From Parasynechococcus marenigrum WH 8102 (lineage in GTDB: Bacteria; Cyanobacteriota; Cyanobacteriia; PCC-6307; Cyanobiaceae), in NCBI RefSeq assembly GCF_000195975.1, contig NC_005070.1, positions 150,001 to 182,000 on the forward strand: a stretch of 32,000 nucleotides of DNA, read 5' to 3'. Position 1 is the first letter of the stretch; each line of letters opens with the position of its first letter. The notes under the pieces are model-generated. The model was not told the origin of the DNA and ran no database searches. It worked only from the letters and a program-made list of their open reading frames with translations. Both the position numbers and the translations under genes were made by a program. Below are positions 1 through 8,647 of this stretch, piece after piece.

Positions 1-2398
1 GGTTCCAGTGCATGCGATCGGTCCAGGCGAGGCTGACGGCCTCCTGGGCCCGCAGGTAGTCGGCGAAGTCAGCCATCACGAAGAACGGATCGTGACCGGT
101 GAGGTTGTCCAGCAGCGGACGGAACAGTTCGCTGTCGCCATTGCTGAAGTGGCCCATCTCGATCAAGCGCAGTGCTTCCTGCAGCTCTGGCATGGCGTTG
201 ATGAATGCGCCGGGGTTGTAGCCGCTTCGCTTGAGATCGTTGATCTCCTCCACGGTCTTGCCGAACAGGAAGAAGTTCTCCGCTCCCACCAGCTCGCGGA
301 TCTCCACGTTGGCCCCATCCAGCGTCCCGATGGTGAGGGCGCCGTTCATGGCGAACTTCATGTTGCCGGTGCCGGAAGCTTCTTTGCCGGCGGTGGAGAT
401 CTGCTCGGAGAGGTCGGAGGCGGGGTAGACCTGCTCGCCGAGCTTCACGTTGTAATCCGGGAGGAACACCACCCGCAGGCGGCCGTCCATATCGGGGTCG
501 GCGTTGACGGTCTCGGCGATGCCGTTGATGAAGCGGATGATCAGTTTGGCCATGTAGTAGCCGGGAGCTGCCTTGCCGCCGAAGATCACGGTGCGGGGTG
601 CCATGCCGTCGGCCTGGCCGTTCTTGATCCGCAGGTACTGGGTGATCACCTGCAGCACGTTGAGGTGCTGGCGCTTGTACTCGTGGATGCGCTTCACCTG
701 CACGTCGAACAATGTGGAGGGATCCACCAGCACACCGGTGTTGCGATGGATGTAGCTGGCCAGCTTGCGCTTCACGGACAGCTTGGTGTTGCCCCAGTGC
801 TCAAGGAAGCCCTGGTCGTTCTGGCGTTCCTCCAGCTTGCGCAGGTTCTCCATGTTGGAGATCCAGTCCTCGCCGATGTGCTCGTTGAGCAGGGTGGACA
901 GCTCGGGGTTGGCCAGGGCCACCCAGCGACGGGGGGTGACGCCGTTGGTCACGTTGGTGAACTTCTCGGGCCAGAGTTCAGCAAATTCCGGCAGCAGGTC
1001 GGTCTTGACCAGATCGGAGTGCAGCGCCGCCACGCCATTCACGTGGTGGGCACCGATGGTGGCCAGGTGGGCCATGCGCACAGCCTTGCTGCCGTCTTCA
1101 TCGATGATCGACAGCTTGCGCTGGATGGCGTCGTTGCCGGGGTAACGCAGACGCAGCTGCTGGAGGAACCGACGGTTGATCTCGTAGATCAGCTCCAGGT
1201 GGCGGGGCAGCAGGCTGCTGAACAAATTCAGATCCCACTTTTCCAGGGCCTCCGGCAGAAGGGTGTGGTTGGTGTAAGCGACGGAACGGGAGGTGATGTC
1301 CCAGGCCTTGTCCCAATCCATGTGGCGGTCGTCGATCAGCAGACGCATTAGCTCCGCCACGGCGATGGCGGGGTGGGTGTCGTTGAGCTGAACGGTCCAG
1401 TACTTGGGGAAGTCCTCAACGGGTAATCCGCGATTGTCGAGGCTGCGCAGCATGTCCTGCAGGGAGCAGCTCACGAAGAAGTGCTGCTGCTTCAGACGCA
1501 GACGGCGACCTTCGTCAGTGCCGTCGTTGGGGTACAGCACCTTGGAGAGGGTTTCGCTGCCCACCTTCTCCTCAACGGCGCCGTAGTAGTCGCCGATGTT
1601 GAAGGCATAGAAGTCGAAACTTTCGGTGGCATCGGCGCGCCAGAGGCGCAGCCGATCGCAGATGTTGACGCGATAGCCCAGCACGGGGACGTCATGGGGG
1701 ATGCCGATGGCGTGCTCGGCGGGAATCCAGCGGGAGCGGTAGCTGCCCTTGTCATCGATGTAGCTCTCGGTGCGTCCACCGAAGCCAACGAAGCAGGCTT
1801 CATCAGGCTGGGGCAGTTCCCAGGGCCAGCCGCCCTTCAGCCACTTGTCGGTGATCTCCACCTGCCAGCCATCGCGGATCAGCTGGTCGAAGATGCCGAA
1901 CTCGTAGCGGATTCCATAGCCCGTAGCGGGGATTTTCAAGCTGGCGAGGGACTCCATGTAGCAGGCCGCCAGGCGTCCCAAACCACCGTTGCCGAGGCCC
2001 GGTTCTTCCTCCACATCCAGGATCTGCTGGAGGGATTCGATGCCGAAGTTCCGAAGCGCTGCTTCGGCTTCCTGTTGAATACCGAGGTTCAGCAGGTTGT
2101 TGTTCAGCTGGGGCCCGATCAGGAACTCCGCAGAGAGGTAAGCGACAGACTTCTGGGGATGGGCTCTCATCGCCTCGGTTGTGGCGAGGTAGCGCATCAT
2201 CAGGCGATCGCGCACCGCATAGCTCAGCGCCATGTAAAGGTCATGGCGGCTGGCGGTGGGAGCAAGCTTGCCGAGGGTGAAGAACAGGTGCTCGGTCATG
2301 CCGTCGAAGACGCTCTTGGCGTCCAGACCGGCCCGTTCGGGATCGTTGTAACAGCCGGGGGTCGGCAGGCGCAGATCGAGAGGTTGGGAGGAGGTCAT
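1..2398 (-). CDS. glgP: Glycogen (alpha-glucan) phosphorylase; C-terminal end lies beyond the left window edge
   Basis: Absent from the ORF track because there is no stop in the window. The reverse complement from the ATG (cat at 2396-2398) reads MTSSQPLDLRLPTPGCYNDPERAGLDAKSVFDGMTEHLFFTLGK... and stays open to position 2. It contains phosphorylase hallmarks read directly from the sequence: ...ISTAGKEASGTGNMKFAMNGALTIGTLDGANVE... (revcomp of ~300-420) and C-terminal ...PFFVMADFADYLRAQEAVSLAWTDRMHWN. Confidence 0.93.
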   Translation of the reverse strand, partial: MTSSQPLDLRLPTPGCYNDPERAGLDAKSVFDGMTEHLFFTLGKLAPTASRHDLYMALSYAVRDRLMMRYLATTEAMRAHPQKSVAYLSAEFLIGPQLNNNLLNLGIQQEAEAALRNFGIESLQQILDVEEEPGLGNGGLGRLAACYMESLASLKIPATGYGIRYEFGIFDQLIRDGWQVEITDKWLKGGWPWELPQPDEACFVGFGGRTESYIDDKGSYRSRWIPAEHAIGIPHDVPVLGYRVNICDRLRLWRADATESFDFYAFNIGDYYGAVEEKVGSETLSKVLYPNDGTDEGRRLRLKQQHFFVSCSLQDMLRSLDNRGLPVEDFPKYWTVQLNDTHPAIAVAELMRLLIDDRHMDWDKAWDITSRSVAYTNHTLLPEALEKWDLNLFSSLLPRHLELIYEINRRFLQQLRLRYPGNDAIQRKLSIIDEDGSKAVRMAHLATIGAHHVNGVAALHSDLVKTDLLPEFAELWPEKFTNVTNGVTPRRWVALANPELSTLLNEHIGEDWISNMENLRKLEERQNDQGFLEHWGNTKLSVKRKLASYIHRNTGVLVDPSTLFDVQVKRIHEYKRQHLNVLQVITQYLRIKNGQADGMAPRTVIFGGKAAPGYYMAKLIIRFINGIAETVNADPDMDGRLRVVFLPDYNVKLGEQVYPASDLSEQISTAGKEASGTGNMKFAMNGALTIGTLDGANVEIRELVGAENFFLFGKTVEEINDLKRSGYNPGAFINAMPELQEALRLIEMGHFSNGDSELFRPLLDNLTGHDPFFVMADFADYLRAQEAVSLAWTDRMHWN

Positions 2399-2608
2399 GG
2401 CGTACTGAGAGAACTCCTGTGTACGAGTCGTGTTGGCGCTCTCACGTGCGGGAGACCAACAAGTTCATGTCCGGAAAGTAGCCGTCACATCAGAACATGT
2501 CCGTTATGTGCTGTTCTCCGGTCGGTATCCCCTCGAAACGGGCCAAAGTCGTCACAGTCCGGATCGATTTTCACCACTAAGGTTCGGCGAGACTGATCTG
2601 CGGCATCC

Positions 2609-3985
2609 ATGCTGTTACCCGCACTGCTGAGTGAGATCAGCAGCCATGACTTTGAAGTCGCCGAAACGCTGATCGGAGTCCTTCGCTTCGTGCTGATCTT
2701 TGTCGCCGCGAGATCCCTTGCGGAGCTCCTGGTTCGTTTCGAACTCCCCACCATCCTGGGAGAACTATTGGCCGGCGTGATCATTGGCGCCTCAGGGTTG
2801 CATCTGTTGGTGCCGCCAGAGACGCAGGTTCAGCTCAGCGGTGTTTTTTCAAATGTGGTCGGGGGAATTGCTCACATCCCACCCGATGAGATTCCTGAGA
2901 TTTACAACGAGAGTTTCGGAGCTTTGCAAGCGGTTTCCAATTTGGGCCTGTTCTCGTTGCTGTTCCTTACAGGGTTGGAGAGCGAATTAGAGGAGCTGAT
3001 CGCCGTCGGCGCTCAGGCGTTCTCCGTGGCCGTGGTGGGCGTCGTGCTGCCCTTCGCCTTGGGCACCCTTGGATTGATGGGGATCTTCCACGTCGATCCC
3101 GTTCAAGCGATCTTTGCCGGAGCTTCGATGACGGCCACCAGCATCGGCATCACTGCCAGCGTGTTCGGTGAGCTCGGTTATCTGCGCACCCGCGAAGGCC
3201 AGATCGTGATCGGAGCGGCGGTACTGGACGACATTCTTGGAATTGTGATTCTGGCTGTGGTGGTGTCCCTCGCCGCAGGTGGAACTCTGGAGATCGCCCC
3301 CATCGTTCAATTGGTGGTGGCAGCGGTGCTTTTCGTTGTGGTTGCACTGGTGTTGAGCCAAAAAGCTGCACCAGCCTTCGACTGGGTCGTTGATCAGCTC
3401 AAGGCTCCTGGGGGCAAATTGATCGGCTCCTATCTGCTTCTCGGGGCAAGTTGCTTCATCGCAACAGCCATCGGTCTAGAGGCGGCTCTGGGGGCATTTG
3501 CTGCTGGCTTGATCGCCAGCACCTCCAAACATCGCCACGAGATTCAGGCTGCTGTCACGCCGATTGTCGGACTGTTCGCCACAGTGTTCTTCGTGCTTGT
3601 GGGAGCTGGCATGGATCTGTCTGTGATCAATCCCTCCGATCCCTCCGCCCGGTCTGCCCTTGTGATCGCAGGGTTTATGTTCCTTGTCGCCATCGTCGGC
3701 AAGGTGGTTGCCGGCTGGGCCGTGTTCGGTCCTCAGAAAACAAACAAATTGGTGGTGGGGCTTGGCATGCTCCCCCGTGGTGAGGTGGGTCTGATCTTCC
3801 TGGGCCTGGGCACGGCCGCCAAGCTGCTGAGCCCCGGTCTCGAGATCGCCATCCTGCTGATGGTGATCGGCACCACCTTCTTGGCACCAGTGTTGTTGCG
3901 TCTCGTCCTCAAGGACAAGCCCCCTGAAGACGGGAATGAGGTCCCTGAGGAGTTCGCTGCTGATCCGCTGGCAGGAGCCTCCTGA
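2609..3985 (+). CDS. Cation:proton antiporter (CPA2 / Na+/H+ exchanger family)
   Basis: A 458-aa ORF that is polytopic and hydrophobic throughout. The N-terminal ...ELPTILGELLAGVIIGASGL... and the overall helix pattern are typical of the Na_H_Exchanger family. Confidence 0.85.
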   Translation: MLLPALLSEISSHDFEVAETLIGVLRFVLIFVAARSLAELLVRFELPTILGELLAGVIIGASGLHLLVPPETQVQLSGVFSNVVGGIAHIPPDEIPEIYNESFGALQAVSNLGLFSLLFLTGLESELEELIAVGAQAFSVAVVGVVLPFALGTLGLMGIFHVDPVQAIFAGASMTATSIGITASVFGELGYLRTREGQIVIGAAVLDDILGIVILAVVVSLAAGGTLEIAPIVQLVVAAVLFVVVALVLSQKAAPAFDWVVDQLKAPGGKLIGSYLLLGASCFIATAIGLEAALGAFAAGLIASTSKHRHEIQAAVTPIVGLFATVFFVLVGAGMDLSVINPSDPSARSALVIAGFMFLVAIVGKVVAGWAVFGPQKTNKLVVGLGMLPRGEVGLIFLGLGTAAKLLSPGLEIAILLMVIGTTFLAPVLLRLVLKDKPPEDGNEVPEEFAADPLAGAS

Positions 3986-4306
3986 TCAGGTCCTGTCGCG
4001 ATTGGTCAACGTCAGCAACAGGCTCCAGCCCAAGACCACCACGCCCAGGCTGGAGGCCCAGCCTGGGCCAAGGGCCCAACTGCATCCCAGCTGTGTTGCC
4101 AATCCAACCGCCAACGCCAACAGCAGGCTGCTCAGGATGAGAAGCCTCTGTATCCAATTCTCAGGTATGGTGCTGGTTTCGAGGCTAGCTTCCAATCGGC
4201 TGAGCGGCGCACTCAAGGGCCCATACAACGCCAGGGCCCAGAGCAGGGCTCCACGCCATACAGCAGCATCGGCGAGGGGTCCGCTGATCACCTCGTAGCT
4301 CTGCAT
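3986..4306 (-). CDS. Small hypothetical membrane protein (about 3 predicted TM helices)
   Basis: A 106-aa ORF with clear hydrophobic helices (ALLWALALYGPL, LLILSSLLLALAVGLATQL, VVVLGWSLLLTL). The overlapping + strand ORF (3936-4298) is R/S/P-rich junk. No recognisable domain. Confidence 0.5.
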   Translation of the reverse strand: MQSYEVISGPLADAAVWRGALLWALALYGPLSAPLSRLEASLETSTIPENWIQRLLILSSLLLALAVGLATQLGCSWALGPGWASSLGVVVLGWSLLLTLTNRDRT

Positions 4307-4343
4307 TCAGGCCTCTGGACGGGCTGCTTAGCATCGCGCCTTC

Positions 4344-5228
4344 TTGCCCCTCGTTGTGGACACCTACTGCTGGAGCCACCTTGGACATGCCGTCCACACT
4401 GTCCACCAACAGCCTGAGCAGGACTACTCCGATCGTCCTGCGCTGCTGTTGGTCCATGGCTTTGGGGCGTCCACCGATCACTGGCGGTACAACATTCCAG
4501 TGCTGGCCAAAACCCATGCCGTGCACGCGATAGACCTGCTGGGCTTTGGACGCAGTTCCAAGCCAGCGGAGCTGGCGTATGGAGGTCCCCTCTGGCGCGA
4601 TCAGCTGGTGGCTTACGTGCAGGAACGGATCGGACGTCCCACGGTGATTGCCGGTAATTCCCTCGGGGGCTTCGCTGCCTTGGCTGCCGGAGCAGAGCTC
4701 AAGCAGGACTGTGCCGGTGTGGTGTTGCTCAATGCGGCCGGTCCCTTCAGTGATGAACAGCAGCCTCCCAAGGGGTGGGCTGCCATCGCACGGCAAAGCA
4801 TCGGCAGTGCTTTGTTGAAAAGCCCGGTGCTGCAGCGCCTGCTGTTCGAAAATTTGCGCCGTCCGGCCACGATCCGTCGCACCCTCAATCAGGTGTACGT
4901 CGACAAAACCAATGTGGATGACTGGTTGGTGGAGTCGATCCGTCGCCCATCGCTCGATCCCGGCGCCTTTGGTGTGTTCCGCACGGTGTTCGACATCCCC
5001 AGGGGGCAGCCCCTCGATGAGCTGTTCGCGGAGCTGACCGCACCTCTCCTGCTGCTCTGGGGCATGCGTGACCCTTGGATCAATGCACCAGGCCGCAGGG
5101 CCACCTTTCAGCGGCATGCACCGGCGGCCACCACGGAGGTGGTGCTGGATGCGGGCCACTGCCCCCATGACGAGGTGCCGGACCAGGTGAATGCTTCGTT
5201 GCTGGATTGGCTCGCTGGTCTGACGTGA
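4344..5228 (+). CDS. Alpha/beta-fold hydrolase
   Basis: HGFGAS oxyanion motif, GNSLGG nucleophile elbow (G-x-S-x-G) and C-terminal GHCPHDE catalytic His context. TTG start at 4344, so the exact start is uncertain. Confidence 0.85.
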   Translation: MPLVVDTYCWSHLGHAVHTVHQQPEQDYSDRPALLLVHGFGASTDHWRYNIPVLAKTHAVHAIDLLGFGRSSKPAELAYGGPLWRDQLVAYVQERIGRPTVIAGNSLGGFAALAAGAELKQDCAGVVLLNAAGPFSDEQQPPKGWAAIARQSIGSALLKSPVLQRLLFENLRRPATIRRTLNQVYVDKTNVDDWLVESIRRPSLDPGAFGVFRTVFDIPRGQPLDELFAELTAPLLLLWGMRDPWINAPGRRATFQRHAPAATTEVVLDAGHCPHDEVPDQVNASLLDWLAGLT

Positions 5229-5295
5229 GCCACAGCACCGACAGATGAGGCTTAGCCAGCTAGCTGAGTAGGCCATACTCGGCGCGCCCCAGCGG

Positions 5296-6150
5296 ATGCC
5301 CATGACCCTCACCCAGCAGACCGCTCCCTATGCCCATTGGGAGTATGTCCATCCTGAGACCGGCGATCGTCTGCGGATCATTCCAGAACGGGGCGGCATC
5401 GTCAGTGAGTGGCGCTGTGGTGAGCGTGAGGTGCTCTATTTCGACCAGGAGCGTTACGCCGACCCTGCCAAAAGCATTCGCGGGGGCATTCCAGTTTTGT
5501 TCCCGATCTGCGGCAATCTCCCTGGTGACCTGCTGCAGGTGAAAGGTGTTGATCACACCCTCAAACAGCATGGTTTTGCTCGCAATCTCCCCTGGCAGCT
5601 GCAATTGCTGGATGACCAGAGCGGCGTGCGTCTCAGCTTGAGCAGCACCGACGACACCCTTGCGGCCTATCCCTTTGTCTTTGTGGTGGAGATGGAGGTG
5701 CGGCCTGTGGCCATGGCCCTCGAGATCAGCACCACGATTCACAACCGCAGCGATCAACCGATGCCCTTCAGCTTCGGGCTTCACCCTTATTTCAACGTGA
5801 GCGATCTGGCCCAGACCCGACTCACCGGTCTGGCGGAGCGTTGTATGAATCACCTGGAGATGGCGGATGCTGCCACCGATGAGCAGCTGTCTCGGTTGCC
5901 GGAGGGCGTTGATTTTCTCTGTCGGCCAGCTGGTGATGTCACCCTGATCGATGACGTCAGTGGTGCTCAGCTTCAGCTCCAGCATCAGGAGCCGATGGAT
6001 CTCACCGTGGTTTGGACCGAACCGCCCCGCAAGATGGTGTGCCTGGAGCCCTGGACCGGACCCCGCCAATCCTTAGTGAGCGGTGATCGCAAGCTGGTGC
6101 TGGAGCCCGGCACCCAGCAGACCGTGGCCTGCCGCTACGCCGTGTCCTGA
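5296..6150 (+). CDS. Aldose 1-epimerase family protein (glucose-6-phosphate 1-epimerase-like)
   Basis: A 284-aa ORF with family-typical ...RGGIPVLFPICGNLPGD...HGFARNLPWQL...FGLHPYF...CLEPWTG. Confidence 0.8.
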   Translation: MPMTLTQQTAPYAHWEYVHPETGDRLRIIPERGGIVSEWRCGEREVLYFDQERYADPAKSIRGGIPVLFPICGNLPGDLLQVKGVDHTLKQHGFARNLPWQLQLLDDQSGVRLSLSSTDDTLAAYPFVFVVEMEVRPVAMALEISTTIHNRSDQPMPFSFGLHPYFNVSDLAQTRLTGLAERCMNHLEMADAATDEQLSRLPEGVDFLCRPAGDVTLIDDVSGAQLQLQHQEPMDLTVVWTEPPRKMVCLEPWTGPRQSLVSGDRKLVLEPGTQQTVACRYAVS

Positions 6151-7286
6151 TTCACCCCCGGCAGTCGTCCGCGGCAGAGCTGCTGCCGTGGATCGAACTG
6201 TCGCTTCACGGCTTCGATCACCGGACGCGCCGGCGTATCAAGCCAGGCGGGGATCGCAGCTGTTTCTGGCTGGACGAGCACGGTCAGTGATCCACCGAGC
6301 TCGATCACGCTGCGACGCAGGGCTTCCACCTGGAACGCTTGGCTGGCTCCGCTCGACCAGCCATCACCGCAACCGGCACCGGCGGCAATGTCCCAGCTCC
6401 AGCCGGTTAGTGCGGATGCAGCCTGGCTTTGCAGCAGTTCAAACACCTTGGCAGGGGGGAGTACAACGCGCACCAGCCAGGTTGGTGCAGAACAGAACAG
6501 TCCGTTGTCCGTTGGGTCTGAGCACGGTTGATCGTCTGATGTCAGGCCATGGCTGCGGCCGAGGTTGTCCAGCCGTTGCAGCTGCTCTTCAACTGCTGTG
6601 TCCGAGACGCTGCTGACCACGATTCTCAGCTGTAAACCCTGCTCAACGGAGCCCTGCCAGTCGCAGCGTTCGGGCGTGAGTGTGGAGCGCACCAGCTCGG
6701 CTCTGCAGTTTTCCAGATCTGACAAGGCGCCATCGAGCACAAGGGCTGCCTGATGGGGCCGGACCGGCTGAACCCGCAGCGTGACGTCTGTGATCAGAGC
6801 CAAGCTGCCCCAGCTGCCACAGAGCAGCCGCATCAGGTCATAGCCCGCCACATTTTTGACCACCCGTCCGCCGGCACGGGCTTCCACGCCATCGGCCCGC
6901 AGCAGGCCGATGCCGATGATCTGGTCGCGCACACCGAGGTGACGTTGACGCAATCCACCGGCCAGGCCCCGCGCCACCAGGCCGCCAATGCTGCCGGCGT
7001 TGCCATCACGGGGCAGATCAACCGGCAGCCACTGGCCCTGTTCGGCCAGCAGGGCCTGAAGGCTGTCGAAGGGCATCCCCGCCTCCACAGATAAGGTCAG
7101 GTCGTCGACGGCATGGTCGATGACCCGATCCAGATGGCGGCAGCTCAGTACGGCATGGCCGGGATCCAGACGAGGCCCCCAGCCCAGGTGCTGACCCAGG
7201 CCGCTGGGGATCCACGGGGTGGTGTCTTGATGCCACTGGCGCACCAGCTCGATCAAGGCGCTTCGGTCGGCGGGGGAATGGCTCAC
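6135..7286 (-). CDS. glcE: Glycolate oxidase/dehydrogenase FAD-binding subunit GlcE
   Basis: FAD_binding_4-type sequence ...GLGQHLGWG...LSCRHLDRVIDHAVDDLTLSVEAGMPFDSLQALLAEQGQWLPVD...VVKNVAGYDLMRLLCGSWGSLALITDVTLRVQP. I place the start at the GTG (cac at 7284-7286, VSHSPADRSALIEL...). The longer 504-aa track ORF would run through the divergent DUF1537 gene. Confidence 0.8.
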   Translation of the reverse strand: MSHSPADRSALIELVRQWHQDTTPWIPSGLGQHLGWGPRLDPGHAVLSCRHLDRVIDHAVDDLTLSVEAGMPFDSLQALLAEQGQWLPVDLPRDGNAGSIGGLVARGLAGGLRQRHLGVRDQIIGIGLLRADGVEARAGGRVVKNVAGYDLMRLLCGSWGSLALITDVTLRVQPVRPHQAALVLDGALSDLENCRAELVRSTLTPERCDWQGSVEQGLQLRIVVSSVSDTAVEEQLQRLDNLGRSHGLTSDDQPCSDPTDNGLFCSAPTWLVRVVLPPAKVFELLQSQAASALTGWSWDIAAGAGCGDGWSSGASQAFQVEALRRSVIELGGSLTVLVQPETAAIPAWLDTPARPVIEAVKRQFDPRQQLCRGRLPGVNQDTA

Positions 7287-7300
7287 GGCACGATGGTGCC
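7287..7300. promoter_or_regulatory. 14-bp palindrome GGCAC-GATG-GTGCC filling the entire gap between the divergent glcE and DUF1537 start codons
   Basis: Read directly: cac|ggcacgatggtgcc|atg. The arms ggcac and gtgcc are exact reverse complements and extend imperfectly to tcacggcac / gtgccatga (8 of 9). Function unknown. Confidence 0.3.
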
Positions 7301-8647
7301 ATGAAGGTTGTGGTGATCGACGACGACCCCACCGGCTCGCAGACGGTGCACAGCTGCCTGCTGCTGCTGGAGTGGGACAAAGAAACCTTGAGGCGGGGCT
7401 TGAGGCACTCCTCGCCACTTCTCTTTCTGCTGGCGGACACCCGGGCGCTGACCCCCGAGGCTGCCGCAGCGCGCAATCGAGAGATTGTCCGCCATCTGGA
7501 TGAAGCGCTTGCTGCAGAAGGGTTGGGACGTGGCGATGTGCTGCTGGTGAGCCGCGGTGATTCCACCTTGCGCGGCCATGGCGTGCTGGAGCCAGCCACC
7601 TTGCAGGAGGCCTTTGGACCCTTTGACGCCACATTCCACATCCCTGCATTTCTTGAGGGTGGCCGCACCACGCGGAACGGCGTTCATCTGTTGAACGGTG
7701 AACCGGTGCACACCACCGCTTTTGCCAGAGACCGGATCTTTGGATTCAGCACCAGCGATCTGGCGACCTGGCTGGAGGAAAAAAGTGGTGGTTTGATCCG
7801 TCCTGCCGAGGTGCAGCGAATCTATGGCCGCGAGCTCGATGCGGCTGGAGGGGCTGGCCTGCCGGGTTTGATCGATCGACTCCGATCCCTCAAGGGCAAT
7901 GCGCCGGTGGTGGTTGATGCCGAATGGCAGGACCAGCTGGATGCACTGGCTGCTGCCGTGCGGGCGTTGCGCAGTGAGAAACGCTTTCTGTTCCGTTCGG
8001 CGGCCAGCCTGGTGAAAGCCCTGGCGGATCCTGGTCCGCCGCCGCTCGATGGCGCCGGTCTGGTAGCGCTGCGCCGACGGAACGGGGATGGCGCTCTCCT
8101 GCCGGGGTTGGTGGTGGTGGGCTCCTATGTGCCCCTGGCGGATCAGCAGTTGGAGCGCTTGCTGCAGGAGCCTGGTTGCCACGGGCTTGAGTTGCCTGTG
8201 CGTCGCATCGCTCGCGTCCTGGAGAGCGGCACGCCGGACCTGCTGCTTGCGGATCTGGAGCGGGAGTGGCTGCAGCAGTTGCGGGAGCTGTTGAAGGGTG
8301 ATGCCACGCCTGTGGTTTACAGCAGCCGCGGAGAGCTCGGCTTTGCATCCCTGCAGCAACGCAGGCATTTTTCCCTTCAGCTGGCGCAGGTCATGGCGCG
8401 ACTGGCGGCTGTTCTGGCGTCGGATCTTGGTTACCTGATCAGCAAGGGAGGAACTACCACGCAGACCCTGCTTTCTAAGGGGCTGGGGCTGACAGCCGTG
8501 CAGCTGGAGGGGCAGTTGCTGCCGGGGCTGTCCTTGGTGCGTCCGTCAGAGGGGCGCCTCACTGGCCTGCCGATCCTGACCTTTCCCGGAAACCTCGGTA
8601 GTGCTGCCACCCTTCGCGACGCCTGGCAGCGGATGGAGGCTGGCTGA
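7301..8647 (+). CDS. Four-carbon acid sugar kinase family protein (DUF1537; YgbK/OtnK/DtnK-like)
   Basis: N-terminal MKVVVIDDDPTGSQTV matches the family D-D-x-T-G motif. The C-terminal nucleotide-binding half has ...LISKGGTTTQTLL... 448 aa. Confidence 0.8.
   Translation: MKVVVIDDDPTGSQTVHSCLLLLEWDKETLRRGLRHSSPLLFLLADTRALTPEAAAARNREIVRHLDEALAAEGLGRGDVLLVSRGDSTLRGHGVLEPATLQEAFGPFDATFHIPAFLEGGRTTRNGVHLLNGEPVHTTAFARDRIFGFSTSDLATWLEEKSGGLIRPAEVQRIYGRELDAAGGAGLPGLIDRLRSLKGNAPVVVDAEWQDQLDALAAAVRALRSEKRFLFRSAASLVKALADPGPPPLDGAGLVALRRRNGDGALLPGLVVVGSYVPLADQQLERLLQEPGCHGLELPVRRIARVLESGTPDLLLADLEREWLQQLRELLKGDATPVVYSSRGELGFASLQQRRHFSLQLAQVMARLAAVLASDLGYLISKGGTTTQTLLSKGLGLTAVQLEGQLLPGLSLVRPSEGRLTGLPILTFPGNLGSAATLRDAWQRMEAG

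Noticed and set aside
8-2596. Long + strand ORFs 8-1351 (447 aa) and 1481-2596 (371 aa)
   Set aside because: They are antisense shadows of glgP. Their translations are low-complexity and rich in G/A/V/H/Q, with no family motifs, whereas the minus strand reads a textbook glycogen phosphorylase across the same bases.
3936-4298. + strand 120-aa ORF overlapping the small membrane protein gene
   Set aside because: Its R/S/P-rich translation is typical of out-of-frame high-GC sequence. The minus-strand frame gives coherent TM helices.
4185-6069. Minus-strand ORFs 4185-5312 (375 aa) and 5260-6069 (269 aa)
   Set aside because: They are antisense to the alpha/beta hydrolase and aldose-epimerase genes, both of which carry clear catalytic motifs. 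The shadow translations have none.
7287-7649. N-terminal extension of the glcE ORF to 504 aa, the 217-aa ORF 7018-7671 and the 361-aa ORF 7283-8368
   Set aside because: All run antisense through the DUF1537 kinase gene, and their translations are R/P/A/S-rich. GlcE homology begins only at VSHSPADRS (GTG at 7286).
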